From positions 23,175 to 87,174 of the IMG/VR virus record IMGVR_UViG_3300008267_000027: a stretch of 64,000 bases of DNA; one strand, given 5' to 3'. Below, in pieces: positions 1 through 9,002 of this stretch. Source of the stretch: a virus. The notes below the pieces were generated by a model. The model was given only the letters and a program-made list of their open reading frames with translations, was not told the DNA's origin and made no database searches. Every line of letters begins with the position of its first letter. The first letter of the stretch is position 1. Position numbers and translations under genes: made by a program.

Positions 1-30
1 TGGCACAGCATTGTGCATTAATTAATTACA

Positions 31-864
31 ATGACTGAATTAAAATATAAAACATTTAATCAACTTTTAAGTGAGGTGTTAATTGATTTTTACACTTTTA
101 ACTTAGAGGGTATGATTGATCCAGCTCAGCTTATTAAAGTAACTTTAAGAGTTAACTATGAGTTGGGTCTTAGAATTCATAAATCTAAAGATGTCATACT
201 AGAACTTGATCATGGTAAATGTAAATTACCAGATGATTTTTATGTTTTAAATTATGCTAATCTTGTAGGTAAATATACTGTACAAGACCCAGTTATATCA
301 GGTTCTCACGTAGAAGATGTTATTTTAGAGACAGTTCCTGAAAATGGTTCATGCTGTAAAGTGAATGCGTGCAAATCAAGTTGCGGTCAATATTATAACT
401 TAGTTCAAAGTTTAAGATCTGAAGTAAGAACTTATGAGGAGTTTTATCCTTTACAAGTTGGTAAGGCTAAGGTAGTATCTGAAGATTGCCCAAATCTCCA
501 AGTTAAGTCTACAAATCAAGCACAAATTAGAGATGGTTTTATTTTTACTAATCTTAATGAAGGTAAAATCCATATGAACTATATAGGTAATATGGAAGAT
601 GATGAGGGTAATTTGTTAGTATTAGATCACCCTTTGATTAATGAATTTTATGAGTATGCTCTAAAACAAAGAATTTTAGAAAACCTTTTAATCAATGGTG
701 AAGATGTAACATCAAGAGTTCAACTTATAGAACAAAGAATGAGAGCTGCTAGAAATAATGCACTATCTCTAGTAAACACTCCAGACTATGCTGAAATGCA
801 AAAACTTTGGGAAACTAATAGAAAAGCAATGTATGGAAAATACTACAACATGTTTAAGCGATAA
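31..864 (+). CDS. Putative tail tubular/ring protein (crAss-like)
   Basis: 277 aa ORF upstream of the tail stabilisation gene; G.C.LPDDF and YEYALK motifs resemble podovirus tail tube/adaptor rings; call is mainly positional. Confidence 0.55.
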   Translation: MTELKYKTFNQLLSEVLIDFYTFNLEGMIDPAQLIKVTLRVNYELGLRIHKSKDVILELDHGKCKLPDDFYVLNYANLVGKYTVQDPVISGSHVEDVILETVPENGSCCKVNACKSSCGQYYNLVQSLRSEVRTYEEFYPLQVGKAKVVSEDCPNLQVKSTNQAQIRDGFIFTNLNEGKIHMNYIGNMEDDEGNLLVLDHPLINEFYEYALKQRILENLLINGEDVTSRVQLIEQRMRAARNNALSLVNTPDYAEMQKLWETNRKAMYGKYYNMFKR

Positions 865-1234
865 ACCTGCAAAATACTCTAAGAGTATAAAATTGCCAAC
901 ATACAATTGTGAGCTTATGGTTATAATTACCAGTAAGCTAAAAGATGATGCAACTAAGATATATAAAAAATATAAGATTAAAGATGATGATGAGGATGGT
1001 GAAAGTGAAGGAATAGTTATTAGTCCAGATATAGATAAGTATTTTTTAATGATTGATTTAAAATACCTATCTCATAATACACTAGCCCATGAGATATATC
1101 ATGCTACAGTGAGAATAACAGAGGATAGAGGTATTGTAGAAGAAGAAAGTCAAGCATGGTTATGTGGACATCTCACTGGTGTTATATATAAATTTTTAGA
1201 TAAAAAGACATTGACAATTAAACATGGCGGATAA
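788..1234 (+). CDS. Small zincin-like metallopeptidase
   Basis: LAHEIYHAT (HExxH) plus downstream EESQAW glutamate; true start uncertain because it overlaps the upstream gene. Confidence 0.55.
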   Translation: MLKCKNFGKLIEKQCMENTTTCLSDKPAKYSKSIKLPTYNCELMVIITSKLKDDATKIYKKYKIKDDDEDGESEGIVISPDIDKYFLMIDLKYLSHNTLAHEIYHATVRITEDRGIVEEESQAWLCGHLTGVIYKFLDKKTLTIKHGG

Positions 1235-4200
1235 CACACAAAATACTAATACTAACACAACTAACAGTTTTAATAAAGGATTAATAAAAGATCCTGCTGA
1301 TAGTTTTGTTGGAGAAGGTTTATGGACACATGCAAGAAATGCTGTTAATAATTCTACAGAGGGTCAGCTAGGATTATTAGGTAATGAACCTGCTACCACT
1401 CTTTGTAAGTATGTACCTTATACAATAATAGGTTCTATATATTTAGGTGGGGAAGACTGGATTATATTTTCAACAGACAACTTTAATTCAGAGATAGGTA
1501 AGTTTAATGAGAAAGATTGCACATATTCTAAATTAGTAAACGCTCCTTGTTTAAACTTTAAAACTTCTAACTTAATAAAGGCTGCAGTAAAATCTAATTT
1601 TGATTGCACGAGTTCTGTATACTGGGATGATGGTATAAACCCCACGAGAGTTTTAAATGTAGATAATATTCCATATAAAGAAAAACCTAGAAAGAATACA
1701 GGAACAGAATGTTATGTAGCAGAATATACTACTGATTTAGATTGTGAAGCCTTAAGACTTGCACCATTATTAAAAACACCTTGCGTTAATCTTTCAAAGG
1801 GGAAGACTGGCGGTATAATGCCTAATGGTTCATACCAAGTTGTAATAGCTTATTCTATTAACGGTATTAAAGTTACTGATTACTTTTTACCATCTAACAT
1901 ACAATCTTTGTTTAGTCACTCAGATGTGTCTGGATCATTAGAGGTTGAAATAGAAAGTATAGATGAAGATTTTGATGAGTTTGAACTTGTAGTTATTAGT
2001 TATGTAAAAGAGAATATTACAGCTAGAAAAGTTGGGAACTATTCAACAAGAACTAAAAAAATATTCATTGACAAACTGGATGCTGCAGCTGTTGTAGTAG
2101 GTGTAGATAGGATACCTTTAAGAACACCTTCTTATGAAAAATCAGATGGACTATATGATTTAAATGATTACTTGATAAGAGTGGGTATATACACCAAACC
2201 TGATTTTAACTACCAACCTCAGGCTAACAAGATAGAAGCAAAATGGGTTGCTGTAGAAGTTCCTTCAAATTATTATGTTAAAGGAGGTAATGAAGTATCT
2301 TATTTGAGAGATGAAGTGTATTCATTTTTTATTAGATGGGTGTATAACACTGGTGAAAAATCAGCAAGTTATCATATTCCAGGAAGAGCTTCTCAAGGTA
2401 GAGATACATCTAATGCAGGTGGTACTGATGCAATAGAAACAAGAGAGGGTGGTGGACTAGTTAAAAAATGGCAAGTAAGTGATACATCTAAAATTTTAAA
2501 TAAGTCAACATCTACATTAGAAGGTGTTGGTACTATTGTAGCACAAGGTGAAATGGCTTACTGGGAAAGCACAGAAAGATACCCAGATAATAATCCTGCA
2601 ATATGGGGTGATTTGTGTGGTAAACCTATTAGACATCATAAAATGCCTGATAACAGCACCACTCATATTTATAATCTTGAGAATGATGCTATAGTATTAT
2701 TAGGTGTAAAGTTTGAGGGTATTACACATCCATTAGATAATGATGATAATCCAATATCATCTATAGTAGGTTATGAAATACTAAGAGGATCTAGAGAAGG
2801 TAATAAAACTGTTATTGCTAAAGGACTTCTTAGTAATATGGCAGAGTATGATATTGATCCTGATGTATCAAGTAGAAAAGGTTTATATGCAAACTATCCT
2901 TTTAATGATCTTTCTGCAGACCCTTTCCTATCTAAGAAACCTGTAAAGGGTGGTTGTGAAGGTAAAGGATATACATCAATGGGAAGTTTTAGAAATGACT
3001 TATTTAGCTTTCACTCCCCAGATACACAGTTTAGAGATCCTTTCTTAAACCCATATGAATTAAAAATACATGGTGAAGTTTTTGGAACAGTGGAAGGTAG
3101 CTTTAGTCCTGTATATAGACATCCACAACATAAACTCATAAAAGACTTTGCTGTATTTTGTGCAGCTATTATAGGTGTTGGTGTAGGTATACTATCTATT
3201 AAAGGTAGAACTACAACAGGAACAGCAAAAGATCCTAAAAGAAGTCTTGATACAGGTTTAACAATGACAATTGGTGGTTTTGCAAATGGTCAATTAGTTA
3301 ATACTCCATTAGGAGGATCATTAGGTGAAGGTACAATTAATACTTCTCAGACAACTGAACAACTTGTACCTACTGAAAATAGAACTTTGATGGCAGCCCA
3401 AGCTGCATTCACTTTTACATACTTTATGGGAGCTGGTATGGATGAGGCGTTAAGAACAATAAGATTTATGCTTCCTTATCAGCAGTATGCTTATCAATAC
3501 AATGCTCATGGATTATATAATAACTATATAACTCCTACTCCTGGAAATATTAGACGTAAAGTTGTAGATGCTCAATATATTAATCCATATATTCAAGATT
3601 TTGGACCTACTGAAAGAATTAATAATCTATTTAGAAGTCGGTTTGTAGCTTTAAGAATAGAAGATACATTAGAGAACCCATCCACAAAAGACAACTCTAG
3701 AGTTACTATTGGTATGCTTTCTCAATGGGATAATCCTACAAGACCTTTTTCAAGAACAACATCTTCACACTATAGTTCTCTTAAAATACAATTACCTAGT
3801 CAATATGGACAACTTGATGGTATAATGCAAGTACCTGTTTCAGGATGCACATATTACACTTCTGGTGAAAAAGATATAAGATATACTTCTCCTGTATTGT
3901 TTGGAGGAGACACCTACATAAACAGATATACTGAAAAAAATGCATTCTTTTTCTTTAATGACTGGTTGATGGGACAACCTGATGGTTTTACATATGACTA
4001 TATGCAGTATGTAAATGTCCCCTATCCTAGATATTGGATGGATAGCAGTGATTATGATTCTTCTAGATTAATTGCTCCATTAGCTAAGATAGCAGTTGGT
4101 GTATTTGGAGGAGCTGCATTAGGACAACTTATAGGAAATATAATTCAAAATGCAGCAAGTAGTGCAGCAGGAACTATTGGAGGAACTGCAGGTAATATTG

Positions 4201-6023
4201 TAGGAACAGCTACAACAATTGGTGGTGTGGTAGGTGGGTTAGCAATGGGTACTATTTCTTTAGCAGATTGGAAAAGTCAAGTGTTAGCTAATGACTATTT
4301 TCATTTAGACAGAAGAAAATCAGATTGTACAGGTAAAGTTGGATTCGGTGTTAGAGATGCATTCTTTTATGTATTTGCTAATGGTGTAAGAGATTTCTTT
4401 GTAGAAAGTGAAATTAACTTAGCACAGAGAGACTGGGATGAAGAAACAGCTAGACGTCACTATGATCAATATACCTATACAGATCTTAAATCATTATTTA
4501 GAAGTGATATTATAAAAGCAGGTAACTACTATAAATATGATTATAGTTTGTCAGCTAATAGAATGTTTAACAACTTTATATCTTGGGGTAACTTGGTTCC
4601 TAGAGATTTTGATCCACTAGTCTCTGAAAAATGTTTTTCATACTATCCATCTAGAGCAATATACTCACTACCTACACAGGATGAATTAAAGAGAGATAAT
4701 TGGAGATTCTTCTTAGCTAATAACTATTATGATTTTGGTAGCACTGTTACCACAATAAAAGGAGTTAACCAGTCTGGTGCTTTAATTCTTTATGCTGATG
4801 CCTCTCCAAATCTATTTGCTGGTGTGGATCAACTACAAACTAATAATGGAATTAAAGTTACAATTGGTGATGGAGGTCTGTTTGGTACACCTATGCAAGC
4901 TACTAGTAATGCTGAACATCTTTATGAATATGGAGCTTGTCAATCAGTGTATGGAGTTATAAATACACCTGCTGGATTATTCTGGATAAGTCAGAATCAA
5001 GGTAAGGTGTTTCAGTATGGAGGTCAAGGAGCACTTAAAGAGATTTCTAGAAACGGTATGAAGTTTTGGTTTGCTAAGTATCTACCTTCACAACTACTAC
5101 TTCAGTTCCCAGATTTTGAACTTAAAGATAATATTGCATCTGGTGTAGCTGCTTCATTGACATATGATAATGTAAATGACATTTTATATGTTTGTAAAAA
5201 AGACTACGTAGTTAGAGATGAGTATAAGGCAAATGTTGTATATGATGGTGGTAACAGATTTAGATATTTAAATCAACTTATATACTTAGGAGATAGTAGA
5301 ATTTTTGAAGATGCAAGTTTTACAATCAGTTATGATGTAAAAACAGAAGCATGGATAAGTTTCCATGACTGGCATCCTGATTTTGTAATCCCTTCTAAGA
5401 GACACTTCTTAACAGTTAAAGATAAAGGTATATATAGACATAATGATAGATGTGATTTATTCTGTAATTTCTATGGTGTAGATTATCCATTTGAAGTGGA
5501 GTTTGTATCTCAAACTGGTCAGACAGTAACTACAATGAAAAATGTAGAGTATCAGTTAGAGTGTTACAAATATGATAAGACATGTCAAGATAAAAACCAT
5601 ATACTAGACTATAATTTTGATAGGGCTGTTATACATAATACAGAGCAAAGTTCTGGTGATTTGAAGTTGGTCCTTAGACCTAAGAATGATCCAATGTCTA
5701 TAATAGACTATCCTATTATTAAAGCTAATAATATTGACATTCTATATTCTAAAGAGGAGAATAAATATAGATTCAACCAGTTCTGGGATGCTACAAGAAA
5801 CAGAGGTGAGTATAAAGAAAACTATACACCTATGTGGCAAACAGCTGCAAATGGTTATGACAAAGTATTAAATGAAGCATATCACAATTATCAAAGATCA
5901 TTAACCCAACATAAAAAAATAAGACATTATTTAAATAAGATTTTGTTGAAGAGGATGAAGTGTGATGATGTTAAAATGTTATTTAGATTGTCTAATGCTA
6001 AAGTTACAAATTCATTTAGATAA
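1224..6023 (+). CDS. Tail stabilisation / muzzle protein (P22 gp10-like, crAss-like)
   Basis: 1599 aa; N-terminal SFNKGLIKD..WTHARNAVN, YLRDEVYSF, FGGDTYINR and C-terminal WISFHDW motifs typical of this family; position before the ejected-protein genes. Confidence 0.75.
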   Translation: MADNTQNTNTNTTNSFNKGLIKDPADSFVGEGLWTHARNAVNNSTEGQLGLLGNEPATTLCKYVPYTIIGSIYLGGEDWIIFSTDNFNSEIGKFNEKDCTYSKLVNAPCLNFKTSNLIKAAVKSNFDCTSSVYWDDGINPTRVLNVDNIPYKEKPRKNTGTECYVAEYTTDLDCEALRLAPLLKTPCVNLSKGKTGGIMPNGSYQVVIAYSINGIKVTDYFLPSNIQSLFSHSDVSGSLEVEIESIDEDFDEFELVVISYVKENITARKVGNYSTRTKKIFIDKLDAAAVVVGVDRIPLRTPSYEKSDGLYDLNDYLIRVGIYTKPDFNYQPQANKIEAKWVAVEVPSNYYVKGGNEVSYLRDEVYSFFIRWVYNTGEKSASYHIPGRASQGRDTSNAGGTDAIETREGGGLVKKWQVSDTSKILNKSTSTLEGVGTIVAQGEMAYWESTERYPDNNPAIWGDLCGKPIRHHKMPDNSTTHIYNLENDAIVLLGVKFEGITHPLDNDDNPISSIVGYEILRGSREGNKTVIAKGLLSNMAEYDIDPDVSSRKGLYANYPFNDLSADPFLSKKPVKGGCEGKGYTSMGSFRNDLFSFHSPDTQFRDPFLNPYELKIHGEVFGTVEGSFSPVYRHPQHKLIKDFAVFCAAIIGVGVGILSIKGRTTTGTAKDPKRSLDTGLTMTIGGFANGQLVNTPLGGSLGEGTINTSQTTEQLVPTENRTLMAAQAAFTFTYFMGAGMDEALRTIRFMLPYQQYAYQYNAHGLYNNYITPTPGNIRRKVVDAQYINPYIQDFGPTERINNLFRSRFVALRIEDTLENPSTKDNSRVTIGMLSQWDNPTRPFSRTTSSHYSSLKIQLPSQYGQLDGIMQVPVSGCTYYTSGEKDIRYTSPVLFGGDTYINRYTEKNAFFFFNDWLMGQPDGFTYDYMQYVNVPYPRYWMDSSDYDSSRLIAPLAKIAVGVFGGAALGQLIGNIIQNAASSAAGTIGGTAGNIVGTATTIGGVVGGLAMGTISLADWKSQVLANDYFHLDRRKSDCTGKVGFGVRDAFFYVFANGVRDFFVESEINLAQRDWDEETARRHYDQYTYTDLKSLFRSDIIKAGNYYKYDYSLSANRMFNNFISWGNLVPRDFDPLVSEKCFSYYPSRAIYSLPTQDELKRDNWRFFLANNYYDFGSTVTTIKGVNQSGALILYADASPNLFAGVDQLQTNNGIKVTIGDGGLFGTPMQATSNAEHLYEYGACQSVYGVINTPAGLFWISQNQGKVFQYGGQGALKEISRNGMKFWFAKYLPSQLLLQFPDFELKDNIASGVAASLTYDNVNDILYVCKKDYVVRDEYKANVVYDGGNRFRYLNQLIYLGDSRIFEDASFTISYDVKTEAWISFHDWHPDFVIPSKRHFLTVKDKGIYRHNDRCDLFCNFYGVDYPFEVEFVSQTGQTVTTMKNVEYQLECYKYDKTCQDKNHILDYNFDRAVIHNTEQSSGDLKLVLRPKNDPMSIIDYPIIKANNIDILYSKEENKYRFNQFWDATRNRGEYKENYTPMWQTAANGYDKVLNEAYHNYQRSLTQHKKIRHYLNKILLKRMKCDDVKMLFRLSNAKVTNSFR

Positions 6024-8956
6024 TGAGAAAAGACTCACCCTTATTAGCTTTTTATTATGATAGACTTCCATCTAAGAAAGAAGGTGGTCCTGGAGATGGA
6101 ATATTTGATTCTGTAGTAAGTAAGTTAAATCCATTTAATTGGGGAGTAACAGACTATAGTAAATCTGGTTCATTTAAAAATGCTTATTCAGCAGCATTAA
6201 AGAATAATGAAAAGGAGTTCATGTATAATAATAAAAGGTATAATACTAATTATAAAGGTACAGAACAGCAACAATTATCAGCTACAGGTATTACAAACAA
6301 TCAAAGAATGAATCAAAATGTTTTTAGGAAAGCTCTTAGAAACATTGATCAAGGAAGTGGTAGTGAGGATGTTGATGAAGGTTATAATGGATATCCTAAT
6401 CCTTTTAATGCTCTAGGAGATTTGCTTGCTGGTAAAAAATATAATACTCAAGATGATCCAGAGCAAACAGATATGCTTAATATTTATGCAGGTGCCCCAC
6501 AAAAAAATAACACATTAGGTGTTAGTAGGTATAAACCAACTAAGATAAAAGAAAATAATGCATCAACCTACTATAGAGTCAATCCATTAAATAATAAAAT
6601 GCCTAATCAATTGACTCAAGAGCAATTTGATTATGTATTAAAGAATAAAGCTTTTAGTGATTATCTTCCAAATTTTAACAGTTATGTAGATGAGCAAGGA
6701 AAACCGCATAACAACTATAGAGGTCTTGGTACTTTTACTATTGATGCTGGAAAAGATGACAGGGGTGATTATATTTCATATTATGACAAATGGGATTTAA
6801 ATCCATTTAGTTCTGGAAAAAATGCACCTGATTTATCATTAGGTGTAGGTAAACCTTATGAAATTTATGATAGAATATATTATAAAGACTATGGAAATGG
6901 GGTTAAAAAAAGAATGTATTATAATGATAGTGAACTAAGTAATTTAGATTTCAAATCTAAAAATTTTGATACTAAAGCCTTACAGAGAGAGTTGGCAAAC
7001 AGAGGATATAATCTATCTAAATCTTTTATTAAAGATGATGAGGATTATGATGGGATACTTGGTGAAGAAACCAAAAAAGCATATTTAGATTGGAAGTCTA
7101 AATATCAAACTCCTAAAAAAGAATATGGAGGTATTACAAAATACGGACCTGGTGGTATGACTAAAGATCCTAATAAACCTTATTCTAAATCTAATCCAGA
7201 GGGATATGTTAGTTTAAAAAATAATCGAGACTGGTTTGATAGTCATGCTAATTGGACTAACACTGGAAATCCTGAGTGGGATGCTAAAGTTAGACAACAG
7301 ATACTAACAGGTAGATTTGGACTTGATCCTAAATCAGGTGCATTAATAAAGCTTGATAAAAATGAATGGGTTAATGTTCCATCAGAATATAAAAGAGAAG
7401 CTACAGATACTAGACAATGGACACCTGAACAAAAACAACAATCTTGGGAAAAGAAAGTTAAACCTCAAATAGTACAAAGTACTAAAGACTTAATTACTAA
7501 TCCAGTGATGATGGCACCTGGTGCTATACTTACAGGAGGTATGGCTGCAGGTATTCCTGCTATATCTAGAACAGCAGCAGCTGTTGTGCCTGCTTTAGAA
7601 ACATCAATAGGAGGTATACCAGGACTTACAGCAGGTAATCTTATTAATGCAGGGTTTGCATATCAAGGTGCTAAAAATTTACCTAATGTAGCAAGTGCAT
7701 GGAAAGATGTAGCTAATAAACCTACGTGGGGTGGTGTAGGAAATGCTTTAGGTCAAACAGCACTTACAGCAATAGATATCTTACCTTTTGCTAGTACAGC
7801 TGCTAAAGGTATCCCTAGCGTAATGCAAGATGTCAATCAAGCCGGTAATTATTTAACAACACAAACTCCTTTAAAGAGTACATATAAATTAAATCCTTGG
7901 GCATTTAAACCTCAAGAAGGAATGATGTATAGAGGTCTTGGACAAGAAGGAATGGAAGATGCTATTCAATCTGGTGTATTTAGACCTAAGCAACATGGTT
8001 ATGCAGAAGGTAGATCTTTAGCAGAAAAGGTCACTACACCTAAACAGTTTGGTAGTACATTTTATGCTCCTGCTGAAAGATTTGGAGTGGTTGAAAATTA
8101 TGGACCTAGTTACTTAGCAGAAGTTCCTTTTGAAGGTAATGAGTTTGCCAGAAGATATGGAAGAAAAGATTGGAGTTGGAGTACACCTAGACAAATACCT
8201 ATTGAGGAAGGAAGAATACTACAAAAAAATTGGCTAAGAGGATATAAAGAAGTTCCTAAACCTACATCTTTAAGTTCTACTGTAGAAACACCTAGTAACT
8301 TAAGTACTATTAATTTAGAAAGGGGAAGTCCTAAATCTAAATCAAAAATGTATAAAGCTAGTGAAGTAGTTGATGACCCTCACTTTAACATTAAAAAAAT
8401 ATTTAGAGGGGATAAAGAAGTTCCAAAAGAGATTAAGATTGTCGGAAAATCTGGAGATTGGACAGTTAATAAATCTAAAGATGGAACCTATTATTTTAAT
8501 GCTTCAATGTCTAATCCTTTAGAGTCAGGAAAAGCAATGTTAAAAATAAATGAGTTATTACCATCTAAATCTACGATATTAGAACCAAACAGTTTAAGTT
8601 TAGATTCATATAAAAATGTTTTAAAACTAGGGAAAAGACCAGGTTGGAAAATGGAATTTGAAAATTATATACCCTTAAATCATAGTGCAATACATGATAA
8701 AAGTTTAGCTGATAAATTTGGGTTTACTCCTGATGCATACACTGTTCCTTTTGAATCATTAGAAGATGCTAATAAAGCTTTAAAAGAAGTAAACGCAATG
8801 TTAAAAAAACAAGGAATTAATTATGAGGCTGATGTCTTTTCTAATGGTATTGGATTATATGGTATAAAAATACCAAATTTTAAATTAACTAGAGGCTATA
8901 AAAAGGGTGGTAAAGTAAATCCTTTACAGCAATTCTATATGAGTAAAATTAGGTAG
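6023..8956 (+). CDS. Modular virion cargo protein with peptidoglycan-binding domain and possible ART-like module
   Basis: 977 aa; KALQRELANRGY..DGILGEETKKA resembles PG_binding_1; MYRG module; hydrophobic Ala/Gly central segment; xxxGG motifs separate modules. Confidence 0.55.
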   Translation: MRKDSPLLAFYYDRLPSKKEGGPGDGIFDSVVSKLNPFNWGVTDYSKSGSFKNAYSAALKNNEKEFMYNNKRYNTNYKGTEQQQLSATGITNNQRMNQNVFRKALRNIDQGSGSEDVDEGYNGYPNPFNALGDLLAGKKYNTQDDPEQTDMLNIYAGAPQKNNTLGVSRYKPTKIKENNASTYYRVNPLNNKMPNQLTQEQFDYVLKNKAFSDYLPNFNSYVDEQGKPHNNYRGLGTFTIDAGKDDRGDYISYYDKWDLNPFSSGKNAPDLSLGVGKPYEIYDRIYYKDYGNGVKKRMYYNDSELSNLDFKSKNFDTKALQRELANRGYNLSKSFIKDDEDYDGILGEETKKAYLDWKSKYQTPKKEYGGITKYGPGGMTKDPNKPYSKSNPEGYVSLKNNRDWFDSHANWTNTGNPEWDAKVRQQILTGRFGLDPKSGALIKLDKNEWVNVPSEYKREATDTRQWTPEQKQQSWEKKVKPQIVQSTKDLITNPVMMAPGAILTGGMAAGIPAISRTAAAVVPALETSIGGIPGLTAGNLINAGFAYQGAKNLPNVASAWKDVANKPTWGGVGNALGQTALTAIDILPFASTAAKGIPSVMQDVNQAGNYLTTQTPLKSTYKLNPWAFKPQEGMMYRGLGQEGMEDAIQSGVFRPKQHGYAEGRSLAEKVTTPKQFGSTFYAPAERFGVVENYGPSYLAEVPFEGNEFARRYGRKDWSWSTPRQIPIEEGRILQKNWLRGYKEVPKPTSLSSTVETPSNLSTINLERGSPKSKSKMYKASEVVDDPHFNIKKIFRGDKEVPKEIKIVGKSGDWTVNKSKDGTYYFNASMSNPLESGKAMLKINELLPSKSTILEPNSLSLDSYKNVLKLGKRPGWKMEFENYIPLNHSAIHDKSLADKFGFTPDAYTVPFESLEDANKALKEVNAMLKKQGINYEADVFSNGIGLYGIKIPNFKLTRGYKKGGKVNPLQQFYMSKIR

Positions 8957-8979
8957 TCTGCTAAAAATTCAGTAAATTT
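8952..8979 (+). promoter_or_regulatory. Putative phage promoter GGT-N16-AGTAAATTT
   Basis: Same GGT-N16-AGTA(A/T)ATT spacing as the motif before the 56.5 kb operon; lies just before the 9003 gene. Confidence 0.4.
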
Positions 8980-9002
8980 AAATATAAGGTAAATAATAAA
9001 TT

